NCBI GenBank assembly: GCA_050747925.1
Contig: JBOGIV010000566.1
Span: 1-57,895 of the forward strand
Direction of reading: 5' to 3'
DNA from: Vicinamibacterales bacterium
GTDB lineage: Bacteria > Acidobacteriota > Vicinamibacteria > Vicinamibacterales > UBA2999
DNA: 57,895 nucleotides
Part shown: piece after piece, positions 26,504-35,483 of the stretch
Numbering within the stretch: the first letter of the stretch is position 1
How the letters are laid out: every line of letters starts with the position of its first letter
Translations under genes and position numbers: made by a program
Notes under the pieces: model-generated
The model's database searches: none
Told to the model about the DNA's origin: nothing
What the model saw: only the letters and a program-made list of their open reading frames with translations

Positions 26504-27730
26504 TCACACCCGGCTTGATGCAGTGCGCGTCTGAGCCTGTGGCGACGCACAGCGAGCCGCTGCTTCCAGCAGATCCGTCATGGGTCCGAGCTGTGCGTCC
26601 CAACTCAGATCGTCGAGCCGGGCAAGGTTGGCCCTCCCGCGCCGCTCTGCCGGCGCGGCGTGAAGCACGTCGAGGATCGCGCCTGCGAACTCCTCCGCCG
26701 TGACGGCGGAGACGCAGGCCAGCCGCACGACACCAGGAATCCCCTCCAGTACCTGTGGCGTGACGACACAGGGCAGGCCGGCCGCGATGCTTTCGAGCAC
26801 TTTGTTCTGAACACCCCGGGCAATGGTCAGAGGGGCCGCCGCGACGGCGGCCACCCACAAATACGGTCGGACGTCAGGTACTGCCCCCGTGACCACCACG
26901 GACGCGTCCTTCGCAAGCTCTCTCACTCTTCGAGTCGGGTTCATGCCGACCAGAGTGAGCGTAGCGTCAGCATGGCGCTGTCGGACGAGCGGCCACACTT
27001 CAGTTGCGAGCCACACCGCGCCGAGCTCATTCGGTTCGTAGTTGAACACGCCGGCGAACACGACGTTCGAGCTCGGCATGGGCTTCTCCGTCGGTTGGAA
27101 CATGGACAGATCTACGCCCGCAGCGACTATCTCTGTCCGCGCACGAGGATTGATGGCGCGAAGAGCGGCGTATTCGCGATCGTTGACCACGGTTGTGGCA
27201 AACGCCTTGTTGGTGGCCTCTACTTCGAATTGGCGTAGCCTTACCGCTTCGCGGCGATACACAGCGCTCATTGGCCAGGCCGCTGTGCGTCCAAGCATCT
27301 CCCACTTCACCGAGTCGACGTCGACCATATCGAGCACGAACGGAACCGCCGAAAGGGGCTGCTGGCACGCGTAACGCGCCATGCCCGACCCGTACGCCAA
27401 GACGACGTCCGGCCGTCGCACCCTCAGAGCCTTTGCCAGCAGGGGAAAGATCGCCGGGCTGTGCAGAAGCACGTGGGTCAGTGGCGCGGGTCCCGGTAGC
27501 GCGAACGCCGCTCGCACCAGGTTCTGGGCGCGAGGAACCATGGCGGTTGCAACACTCGACGTGATTTCACGCAGCTCAATGGCGGTCTGCTCTTCCGCGT
27601 GATCATGGACCAGCGAAACGAGGTCCAGGGACGCGGAGCGCGAGATCGACCGAATCAAATGATGAGCGCGTATTCGATCGCCCCTGTTCAATGGATAGGG
27701 CAATCGGTGCGTCAGCAAGAGGACTCTCAT
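26504..27730 (-). CDS. glycosyltransferase family 4, PEP-CTERM/EpsH1-associated 'stp1' type
   Basis: From ATG 27730: MRVLLLTHRLPYPLNRGDRIRAHHLIRSIS, the characteristic N-terminus of this subfamily. GT-B C-terminal region ..VVTGAVPDVRPYL..AAPLTIARGVQNKVLESIAAGLPCV. Confidence 0.85.
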   Translation of the reverse strand: MRVLLLTHRLPYPLNRGDRIRAHHLIRSISRSASLDLVSLVHDHAEEQTAIELREITSSVATAMVPRAQNLVRAAFALPGPAPLTHVLLHSPAIFPLLAKALRVRRPDVVLAYGSGMARYACQQPLSAVPFVLDMVDVDSVKWEMLGRTAAWPMSAVYRREAVRLRQFEVEATNKAFATTVVNDREYAALRAINPRARTEIVAAGVDLSMFQPTEKPMPSSNVVFAGVFNYEPNELGAVWLATEVWPLVRQRHADATLTLVGMNPTRRVRELAKDASVVVTGAVPDVRPYLWVAAVAAAPLTIARGVQNKVLESIAAGLPCVVTPQVLEGIPGVVRLACVSAVTAEEFAGAILDVLHAAPAERRGRANLARLDDLSWDAQLGPMTDLLEAAARCASPQAQTRTASSRV

Positions 27731-28326
27731 GCCTCTACCGACTGTGGCCGTCTGCTGCCGATGACCCTGGCCGGAACACCGACAGCAACGACGTAGTCGG
27801 GTAGCGGTCTGGTCACGACCGCGCCGGCACCGATCACGCAATGCTTGCCGACATCGGCCAGCACAATGGCCGCGCTTCCCACCCAGGTGCCTTCACCGAT
27901 TCGAACCCGAGTGCGTACGCCAATCTGCTTTCGGATGGTTACATCCGGATCGTCTGTTCCGTGGGTTGCCGCGCCGCTCGGCACGTGCACACCTGCCGCC
28001 AGCAGCACGTCCCGCTCGAGATGCACGAGTCCCAGGTGACAGCGGGGGCCGACGTACACATTCGCGTCGATCTGAGCCCCAGCCTGGCTGAGGAGCGTAC
28101 CAAACTGAACCGTTGCCGACCGGTCGCAGGACGCCAGGACCCGCGTCAGAAACGCCCGTCGGAGATACTCGCCAAGTACGCCCGGCCAGAGCGCCAGCGC
28201 CTGCGTCGACCCTTCCAACGCACGATCGCGCCCCAGCACCACCCGGCGCATTGCGAACGATGCCAGCGCCGGCGCGATCGCCACCGTCGCGGCGTAGAAG
28301 GCCAGGGTCTTGGCCGCATTACGCAA
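27727..28326 (-). CDS. left-handed beta-helix (hexapeptide-repeat) acetyltransferase
   Basis: Hexapeptide repeats VYVGPRCHLG..VLLAAGVHV..VRIGEGTWVGSAAIVLADVGKHCVIGAGAVV. ATGA overlap with the downstream gene. Confidence 0.85.
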   Translation of the reverse strand: MRNAAKTLAFYAATVAIAPALASFAMRRVVLGRDRALEGSTQALALWPGVLGEYLRRAFLTRVLASCDRSATVQFGTLLSQAGAQIDANVYVGPRCHLGLVHLERDVLLAAGVHVPSGAATHGTDDPDVTIRKQIGVRTRVRIGEGTWVGSAAIVLADVGKHCVIGAGAVVTRPLPDYVVAVGVPARVIGSRRPQSVEA

Positions 28327-29488
28327 GGTGCGACACTCGCTTCACGGAGGAGGGGCGCCCATCCATCAGCTCGCCGTAGATGGTCTCGAGTCGGCGCGTT
28401 CGTGCCTCGAACGACAATTCTTCTTCGATTCGCCGCCTCGCAGCGTTGGCGCGGCGGCGGGCCGCTTCGGGATCGACCAGCACGTTCTGGATGGCGCCTC
28501 GTAACGCAGCGACGTTGGCGGGAACGATCAGTCCATGAATGTCAGGCCAGACCACTTCGCTGGTGCCGCCAACGTCGGTGGCGACAAGAGGCGTCTCGAG
28601 GGCCATCGCCTCGAGGACGGCGTTTGGCGTGCCCTCATACGTCGAGGACTGGACGAACAGGTCGAATGCGTGATGAAGCCTCGCAATGTTCTCGCGATGT
28701 CCGAGCAGCTGGCACCGCGAGCCCAACTCCAGCCGGGTCGCAAGGTTGGTCAACTCCGTCCGTAAGCTGCCGTCACCGACGATGACCAATCTCAGGTGAT
28801 CGAAGGACTGCGAGAGTTGGGCGAACGCCTCCATCAGCAGGTCGAAGCGTTTTTGGCGCTCCAATCGGCCAACGCATCCAATGACCACTTCGCTCGCACT
28901 ATATCCGAGTTCCTTGCGAACGACGGGCTGCTCGGCGACCTCACGACGAAACGCCGCTGGATCGATTCCGTTGAGGAGGACGACCACTCGGCCAGGCGCC
29001 GCCCCGCAGCGCACCAGCTCATTCTTGATGTCCGTGGACACGGCGATCACGCGAGGAAAGCGGGAGAGCAGCCGCTTGCCCATCGGGTAGTAGATCAGAC
29101 GTTCGCGCACGGAATGGCCCGTCCACCCATGGGCGGTTCCCAGAGGAATCACCCCCATCCTCCACGACAACATCAGGGAAAGCAGGTCGGTCTTGTAATC
29201 GTGCGAGTGGACGATATCGATGCGACGTGTGGCAACGAGATCCTTCAGCGTGGCCCAGACACGCGGATCCAGCGAGTGCCGTTCGAGCGCTTCCACGTAG
29301 TCGATGTCCAAGCGTCGCGCTCGCGCCTCAACTCCGAAGACGTCGTCGCGTAGATCTCTGATGTAACAGACCGTGACATCAAATCGCTGCCGGTCGCGTA
29401 ACTCGGCGCCGAACAGGATTGTTTTTTCTGGTCCGCCGCCCGTTCCACGAACGCTGCGTAACTCGAGAACGGAAATCCGCGGCGCCAC
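28319..29488 (-). CDS. glycosyltransferase family 4
   Basis: GT-B/GT4 features: GGPEKTIL, IVHSHDYKT, LVIVGDGSLR, STYEGTPNAVLEAMALETPLVATDVGG (EX7E-like). GTG start. Confidence 0.85.
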   Translation of the reverse strand: MAPRISVLELRSVRGTGGGPEKTILFGAELRDRQRFDVTVCYIRDLRDDVFGVEARARRLDIDYVEALERHSLDPRVWATLKDLVATRRIDIVHSHDYKTDLLSLMLSWRMGVIPLGTAHGWTGHSVRERLIYYPMGKRLLSRFPRVIAVSTDIKNELVRCGAAPGRVVVLLNGIDPAAFRREVAEQPVVRKELGYSASEVVIGCVGRLERQKRFDLLMEAFAQLSQSFDHLRLVIVGDGSLRTELTNLATRLELGSRCQLLGHRENIARLHHAFDLFVQSSTYEGTPNAVLEAMALETPLVATDVGGTSEVVWPDIHGLIVPANVAALRGAIQNVLVDPEAARRRANAARRRIEEELSFEARTRRLETIYGELMDGRPSSVKRVSHLA

Positions 29489-30468
29489 TAGCTGGTCGGG
29501 CCTCTGCGCCGGTGCGCATGTCCGAAGCGCCCCGTCACCGCGAGCGCACGACCGCTCTCGTATACCGTCGCCACCGCGATGGCGCGGAACAGGTCCGAGG
29601 GCGCCGCACCGCCAGACATCATCAACAGAGTGCGGAGAGCGACGACGGAAAGCGCGGCCGCCGCGGCAAGGCCCGCCAGTTCAAGTCCAAACACAGAGGC
29701 GGAGGCCAGACCAGCGAGCACCGTGACGACTGCCAGGAGATTGAAGATGGGGATAGCCGCACTCACGACGGTGCGCCAGGCCCGCGGATGTCTGAGACTG
29801 ACTCGAACGTTGTCTCGGCCGCGCCACAGTTCTCCGAAGAACACATGCCGGAGCTTGCGCGGATCCCCGTAGTGCACGTTGTAGAGCCGACTGTCGTTGA
29901 GCAACGTCGCACCCCTGGCGCGAAGCTTACGACAGAGGTCAACGTCCTCACACGTCTCGAGCGAAGTATCGAAGCCCTCTGCCGCCAGAAACGCGGATCG
30001 GCGCACGGCCATGTTTCCACTGCCAAGCCAGTCCACCTCTTGCTGTCCCGTGGGATGGGGGCGAAGGGTGTCGTACAAGCGCTGCACCCACGTGGAGGGA
30101 GTCGGAGGCCGGCACGCGGCGCCAACGGCCGCCACTCGAGGGTCTGAAAAGGCGGTGAGTGACGACCGGACCCAATCCGGCGCGATTTCGTGATCGGCGT
30201 CGACGAAGGCCAGGATGTCGCCGCGGGAGGCATCGACGGCACGATTCCGAAGCTCGCCGAGGCGCACATTCGGCAACACCAGGACAACTGCACCCGCGGC
30301 GCGAGCGACATCGGCCGAGCCATCGTGCGAGCCGTTATCGGCGACAACGAGCTCCAACGCGGCCGACGTGTCACTATTGGCCGTGATGCTTTTCAGACAC
30401 CGCTCGAGGTTCGCCGCGTCGTTGCGAACGGGCACGATGAACGACATGACTGGCGTCTCGTGCAACAT
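29488..30468 (-). CDS. glycosyltransferase family 2 with C-terminal membrane segments
   Basis: SFIVPVRNDAANLERCL, ELVVADNGSHDGS and ILAFVDADHEI (DxD-like). C-terminal hydrophobic spans (VVSAAIPIFNLLAVVTVLAGLA). Confidence 0.85.
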   Translation of the reverse strand: MLHETPVMSFIVPVRNDAANLERCLKSITANSDTSAALELVVADNGSHDGSADVARAAGAVVLVLPNVRLGELRNRAVDASRGDILAFVDADHEIAPDWVRSSLTAFSDPRVAAVGAACRPPTPSTWVQRLYDTLRPHPTGQQEVDWLGSGNMAVRRSAFLAAEGFDTSLETCEDVDLCRKLRARGATLLNDSRLYNVHYGDPRKLRHVFFGELWRGRDNVRVSLRHPRAWRTVVSAAIPIFNLLAVVTVLAGLASASVFGLELAGLAAAAALSVVALRTLLMMSGGAAPSDLFRAIAVATVYESGRALAVTGRFGHAHRRRGPTS

Positions 30469-30470
30469 TG

Positions 30471-31712
30471 CTACCGAACGATCGGAGGCGGCCGGAATTC
30501 AAAGGCCCCGATATCTGGGCCACGACCCTGCGGGCGAGGTACCCGATCGAAGTCATCCGTGACATCGGGGATCGCGGCTGCGGTGTCGATGGCGGGGCTG
30601 CTGCCGGTTGCAAGACGCAGGTCCTGCTTCGTCGGATCCATGAACCAGCTTCGCGTTGCGTTGAAGATGTTTGCCTCGGTGTCGGCCCTGCCGCCGTTGC
30701 GCCGCTGCAGCGGCAGGTTCGTCAAGTTGTTCCGCACAACGGCATAGGCCGCCGGAAATCGCACGCCAATCGACCACGGTGCGTTTCGAGACTCGGCCAG
30801 CACCGTGTTGTGCTCTATACGCACATCGCGTGCGGCATTGGCCTCGATCGCTTCATCAGCCCAAGAATTGAGGTTCACGACGACGTTGTTGCGTATCACA
30901 CCACCGAGATGGTCGTAGTCGTGAGGGCCATTTCTGGAAAGTGGGGCGGGTCCTGGCTCGAGCCCGAAGGCGATCCCGCGGAACGAATCGATGATGACGT
31001 TGCGCTCGACAACGGTGGCCTCGGATGCCTTCCAGATCAGAATGGTCGGACCTGACCTCCATCCTTGCGATTCGGGCCCGCGAATCCGAAGGAAACGGTT
31101 ATCGCGAATGACCCACCCTCTGGTGGCCAACAAATCGACGGCGTTCGTGTAGTCACTTGGTGCAGAGGTTGTGTAGCTGAACTCTGAACACGCCACCAGG
31201 CCGTCGTCGGCGTAGATGGGGTTCGCTGACACGCTGCCTTTGAGCAGCTGCTGTCCGGTGTCGAGAAGCCTTGCGTTGTGCAAGGTGAAGCGGGAGGCGC
31301 CACGTTCACCTCGAACCTGAATCGCGTGGTATCCCACGTCACGCACCGTCAGATCGGCCACGGTTGCGCCAGGCGCGCTGACTGAGATGGCGACACCCAC
31401 GGCATCACCGACCATGCCGCGGCCATGCAGCACGACTTTGGAGGGGTCGCCGCTGGCAGACCTGATCGTGATGTCTGGTACGGAAATGTCCAACATCGCA
31501 CGAAGCGCGTAGTCGCCGTCGGCCAGTAGAATCGTGTCTCCGGGACTTGCCGAGCGCAGGGCACCCTCAAGGCCGGCGACGCTGTTGACCTCGATGCCGG
31601 GTCCCGCCGGTGGTGTCCAGCCATCCGCACAGGCCGGGGTGGCCGGCACAGGCTGTGACGCCAGGAGCGACCACCATCCCAACGACGCCAAACCTGCCAA
31701 GAGTCGAATCAT
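30471..31712 (-). CDS. secreted right-handed parallel beta-helix protein (polysaccharide lyase/epimerase-like)
   Basis: Signal peptide MIRLLAGLASLGWWSLLASQP. SASPGDTILLADGDYAL is chondroitinase-B/PL6/AlgG-like. Repeated IRDN/VVRNN/VIRNNVVVN PbH1-like turns. Confidence 0.7.
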   Translation of the reverse strand: MIRLLAGLASLGWWSLLASQPVPATPACADGWTPPAGPGIEVNSVAGLEGALRSASPGDTILLADGDYALRAMLDISVPDITIRSASGDPSKVVLHGRGMVGDAVGVAISVSAPGATVADLTVRDVGYHAIQVRGERGASRFTLHNARLLDTGQQLLKGSVSANPIYADDGLVACSEFSYTTSAPSDYTNAVDLLATRGWVIRDNRFLRIRGPESQGWRSGPTILIWKASEATVVERNVIIDSFRGIAFGLEPGPAPLSRNGPHDYDHLGGVIRNNVVVNLNSWADEAIEANAARDVRIEHNTVLAESRNAPWSIGVRFPAAYAVVRNNLTNLPLQRRNGGRADTEANIFNATRSWFMDPTKQDLRLATGSSPAIDTAAAIPDVTDDFDRVPRPQGRGPDIGAFEFRPPPIVR

Positions 31713-33640
31713 GCGGCTGCCTCGATGTGATTCTCTCGCTGCCAGAGCTCGAGGATCAGAAGAATCTGCAAAAGATAACTGCGATCGGCCACCCCGTCAC
31801 GGCTTTCGCGAATCAGCTTCTCGAGCACCGGCTTGGCCACAAACCCCTGCACACGGGCGGTCGGCGCCAGCAACTCGCTTTCGACGCTCTGCAGAAGCAT
31901 CTTCCGCATCCAGCCATCGAAGTCATGGTAGTGACGATAGCCCCGAACATCCAGTCGCTTCAGGAGTGTGTTGACTTTGTCGAGAATGAATTCGGTCAGC
32001 GCGCCGGCGTCGGCTGCGGCCCCGGTATTCGAATTCCGCACCTTCAGCAACATCGCATTTCCACTTGTGAGCCGGCGATGGATCTCCGTTGTGTCACGCC
32101 ACTCCGCGGGCGCAGCAAGCAGCGCTCGCAGAAACGACGGATCGAGAAAGGGCAGTCGCACGCTGACTTGTGTACGGAACAGTTCGAGCGACGGGACGGT
32201 GAATCTCCGATTGAGCTCTCTCAGATAGAGATAGCTGCAACATTCACTGGGCGCGAGGGTGGTGTCCTTCAGCACCAGCGCGAACCCCTCGGAAGCTCCT
32301 GTTCCGGCGGCGGCTGCAGCAGCCGGGGTCAGAATCTGAGAGAGCGGGAGATTCGGCGTGATGTAGTTGGCGCGTCCAGCCAGGTACGGCACCAGCTCAT
32401 CCGCCGACTTCAACGTGTAAACGTGAGGGTCGGTGTGCAAAGGCCACGCAAGATGCGCCTTCGCAAGCTCACCACCATGACCACGCAGTAAGACTTCGAT
32501 TCCAGTTTGCCCCAGAAACTCGATCGCCAGCATTTCGGTGAGGCCGTGACTCAAATACAGCCCGTCCGTTATCGAAACCATCCGCGCCATGTTGGGCAAG
32601 AAGTCCCGAAGATAGGTGCTGTCGAGCCGGAAAAACACGTGCCGGGTACCGGCGATCGCGGCCAGTTGCTGCGCGATCATCTGGTCCGCGCAGCCCTCGA
32701 CGCCGAGCGTGTAGGTGCGCAGTCTCGTCGCCGCGGAGCCAACCGCGCCGAGTATGGCCCGGCTGTCGAGCCCGCCGGAGAGTGACAGGCCCACTGGCTG
32801 CGATGCACTCGCGGCGCGGTTGACGGCTTGTGTGAATTCGGCCTCCACTGCCTCGAGGTACTCCGACTTGTCGGTGGCTTTGCCTTCGAAGAAGGTTTCG
32901 ATCCTTACATACGAGCGGAGCGTGACGATCGACTGCCGAGCGTCGTAGAGGAGCAGGGTTCCAGGATCCAGTTCCTGAACGCCTTCAACCAGCGTCTTGT
33001 CGCCAAGGACCGCACCGATCGTCAGGTAATCGGCGACCGCGCGTAAGTCCAAGCGCGTCGCAGCCGGCGTGGCCCGCAGCAATGCTGAGAGATCGGAGCT
33101 GAAAACTCCACCCTCATGATCGACCCGCCAGTAGACGGGATAGTTGCCGATCGGATCGGTGGCGAAGCAGACGCGTTGCCGATCGGGATCGACGACGGCC
33201 GCACAAAACTCCCCCTCGAGACGATCGACGAACTCCACGCCATAGCGCGAATACAAGGCGGCAATCAGCACCGGCACCGAGTCAGTGGGCCCGGCCTCAC
33301 CGACCTGGCGACGCAGCGCCCCTTCGTTATAAAGGACGCCGTGGAAGACTGCCGTCGGGCCAACGCGGTCCGTCGCCCTGTGGAACGCCGGGTTCTCGGC
33401 GTTCCGGCGCCCGCTCCAAGCCCGGTGCACCCGGGTCGATACGGGCTCGTGAGCTAAGTGCGCGGGGGCATCTGAACTGCTGCGATACACGCATCCCAAC
33501 AGGCAGTTTCCCTCCAAAGCCGATACCACATTGGCTGCCATGTTGGGATAACGGACCATTCGCTCGATCGCCTTGCCGAAGCGCGCGGCGACCCGCTCCT
33601 GACCACCGCGGAGTCCGGCCACGCCAATCAGCCCTGGCAT
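31709..33640 (-). CDS. asparagine-synthase-family (AsnB-like) amidotransferase lacking the N-terminal Cys nucleophile
   Basis: PP-loop VGLSLSGGLDSRAILG and the synthetase domain are present. The N-terminus is MPGLIGVAGL rather than MCG. The start abuts the upstream stop, so no longer N-terminus is available. Confidence 0.8.
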   Translation of the reverse strand: MPGLIGVAGLRGGQERVAARFGKAIERMVRYPNMAANVVSALEGNCLLGCVYRSSSDAPAHLAHEPVSTRVHRAWSGRRNAENPAFHRATDRVGPTAVFHGVLYNEGALRRQVGEAGPTDSVPVLIAALYSRYGVEFVDRLEGEFCAAVVDPDRQRVCFATDPIGNYPVYWRVDHEGGVFSSDLSALLRATPAATRLDLRAVADYLTIGAVLGDKTLVEGVQELDPGTLLLYDARQSIVTLRSYVRIETFFEGKATDKSEYLEAVEAEFTQAVNRAASASQPVGLSLSGGLDSRAILGAVGSAATRLRTYTLGVEGCADQMIAQQLAAIAGTRHVFFRLDSTYLRDFLPNMARMVSITDGLYLSHGLTEMLAIEFLGQTGIEVLLRGHGGELAKAHLAWPLHTDPHVYTLKSADELVPYLAGRANYITPNLPLSQILTPAAAAAAGTGASEGFALVLKDTTLAPSECCSYLYLRELNRRFTVPSLELFRTQVSVRLPFLDPSFLRALLAAPAEWRDTTEIHRRLTSGNAMLLKVRNSNTGAAADAGALTEFILDKVNTLLKRLDVRGYRHYHDFDGWMRKMLLQSVESELLAPTARVQGFVAKPVLEKLIRESRDGVADRSYLLQILLILELWQRENHIEAAA

Positions 33641-34642
33641 CTATCCGCCTCCCAGCGTCCACAACGGCTTCATGCCGGCCGGGTCGACGTTGAAGAGCCG
33701 GTAGATCCCGGGAATGGACGTGAACATCAGCAGTACAAACACCACCGTAGTCAACAACATGTAAGCGAAAAAACCACGCTGCCGGTACAGCTTCTCCGGG
33801 TTCTGAACGGGGCTGTTCGGCAGCATGCCGATGTGCAGGTAGTAGGCGAACATGCCGGCGGCGAGCGGAGTGAACAGAATCAACTCAAGGTGATACCGCA
33901 CGATGAAGATGCCGGCAAACAGGGCACAGGTCGTCGCGTAGAACACCAGGCTGACGAGGAGGCGCTCCTCGTTGTAGTGGCCAAACGATCTCCTGTATGC
34001 CGCGGCAACCGCAGGGTCGCCAATGTGGCGGTACTCGGCGAATCGCTTCATGCCCATGAAGAAGGCGCCGACCATCCAGTAAGAGATCACCAACGAGAGT
34101 GGTGGAACTTGAGTCGTGACGAGCGGGAACCAACCGAGCAGCAGTCGAATAGGGTTGTTGATGGACTCGCTCAACACATCCACGTAGGGCCACTCCTTCG
34201 TTCGGAGTGGCGGGACGTTGTAGGCGACGCCCATGATCCAGAGCCAGACGGCGGACGCGAGAAAGTACAAGTTCAACGAGTTCGCCAGCCAGAAGCCCAG
34301 GGCCGCCAACAACAGCCACTCGGCATAGGCGAGGGGCGCGCGAATCCGACCCGAGGGAACCGGCCGATGTCGCTTTTCCGGATGGAGGCGGTCGCTCGGG
34401 CCGTCGAGGAGCTCGTTCAAGACGTAGTTGCTCGATGCGACCAGGCACGTGGCCAGAACAGCGATCGCCAACGACGCAGCGGCGGACCACGATGCGATGG
34501 TCGGCTGATAGAAGAGGGCCAACAGCACGCCGAGCAGCATGAAGGCGTTCTTGAACCAATGATCGACACGTGCGATCTGCACGTAAGGCCAAATGGTCGA
34601 CCAGATCGACGCGTGAGAAACCGCCTGCTCAGTCATGAGCAA
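33641..34642 (-). CDS. UbiA-family prenyltransferase, decaprenyl-phosphate phosphoribosyltransferase (DPPR synthase)-like
   Basis: Polytopic membrane protein. ARVDHWFKNAFMLLGVLLA (RP.QW.KN-like). First Asp-rich motif NELLDGPSDRLHPEKRHRPVPSG (NxxxDxxxD..HP.KR.RP). Confidence 0.75.
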   Translation of the reverse strand: MLMTEQAVSHASIWSTIWPYVQIARVDHWFKNAFMLLGVLLALFYQPTIASWSAAASLAIAVLATCLVASSNYVLNELLDGPSDRLHPEKRHRPVPSGRIRAPLAYAEWLLLAALGFWLANSLNLYFLASAVWLWIMGVAYNVPPLRTKEWPYVDVLSESINNPIRLLLGWFPLVTTQVPPLSLVISYWMVGAFFMGMKRFAEYRHIGDPAVAAAYRRSFGHYNEERLLVSLVFYATTCALFAGIFIVRYHLELILFTPLAAGMFAYYLHIGMLPNSPVQNPEKLYRQRGFFAYMLLTTVVFVLLMFTSIPGIYRLFNVDPAGMKPLWTLGGG

Positions 34643-35483
34643 GTGCGTTGCGAAGAGTGTCGAGTGAGGGCGCGACGAGATAGCCGGCTGACTTGAGCCC
34701 GGGGGATTCGCCGCGTCCGATGATGACGCACGGCATCCCTGCGGCCAGTGCGCCCGCGGCGTCGACGTCCGCGCGGTCGCCGATCATCAAGACCTCGCTC
34801 GGAGAGAGGTTCCACCGACGGCAGGCGTGTTCGAAACCACGCGGGCTGGGCTTCAGCGCGTCAATGGCTGGATCCAACGAGCAGAGCACCGGCGAGAACC
34901 TTCCGCCAAGGCCCAGAGCCAAGAGCTTCTTTTCAGCTGGATAATCGGACAACACCCCGGCCAAAACGCCCGCCAGTCGCAGTTGGTCCAGCAGTTGATC
35001 GATACCGGACGCTCTCCACATCCTCAAGTACTTTAGCGGCCTCACGTGCATCCATTCCGTTACCAGAGACTCAACCTCGTCCTGCGTCAGACCGGTTGCC
35101 GTTGCCGTGGTGGCCAACAGTCCCTGGGCGACGGCGCCCTCCCTGCGATGTTCTCGGAACTGTTCGAGGGCCCGCCGGTAGCTGACCAACGCCCGCCATC
35201 GTTTCGGCGCCAGCGCGGGACTGGCCAGGGGCAGGGTGAGTGTCTCGACGGCCATCAACGCCCTAACGGGCGTCTGGCGGTACAGAGTGCCGTCCAGATC
35301 GAACAAGACCCCCCGGATTCGGCGCCGGGGGTCGAGGGGACTTGGAACGCCACGACCGATCCCGTCATCCACGGACGAATTCTGAGGCAGGTCCAGCACC
35401 TTAGTTCGATACCTGAAGCAGTGAGCGGATCGGTCCTGAGTCGGCCGTGACGATCTGGCGAGCCCAAATGACAAGGAGAACAA
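34629..35483 (-). CDS. HAD-superfamily hydrolase (phosphatase)
   Basis: Motif I VLFDLDGTLY, motif II GVLSDYP and motif III/IV MIGDRADVDAAGA. The start is uncertain. TTG 35483 would overlap the upstream gene by 83 nt. GTG 35399 lies 1 nt after the upstream stop. Confidence 0.8.
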   Translation of the reverse strand: MFSLSFGLARSSRPTQDRSAHCFRYRTKVLDLPQNSSVDDGIGRGVPSPLDPRRRIRGVLFDLDGTLYRQTPVRALMAVETLTLPLASPALAPKRWRALVSYRRALEQFREHRREGAVAQGLLATTATATGLTQDEVESLVTEWMHVRPLKYLRMWRASGIDQLLDQLRLAGVLAGVLSDYPAEKKLLALGLGGRFSPVLCSLDPAIDALKPSPRGFEHACRRWNLSPSEVLMIGDRADVDAAGALAAGMPCVIIGRGESPGLKSAGYLVAPSLDTLRNALAHD

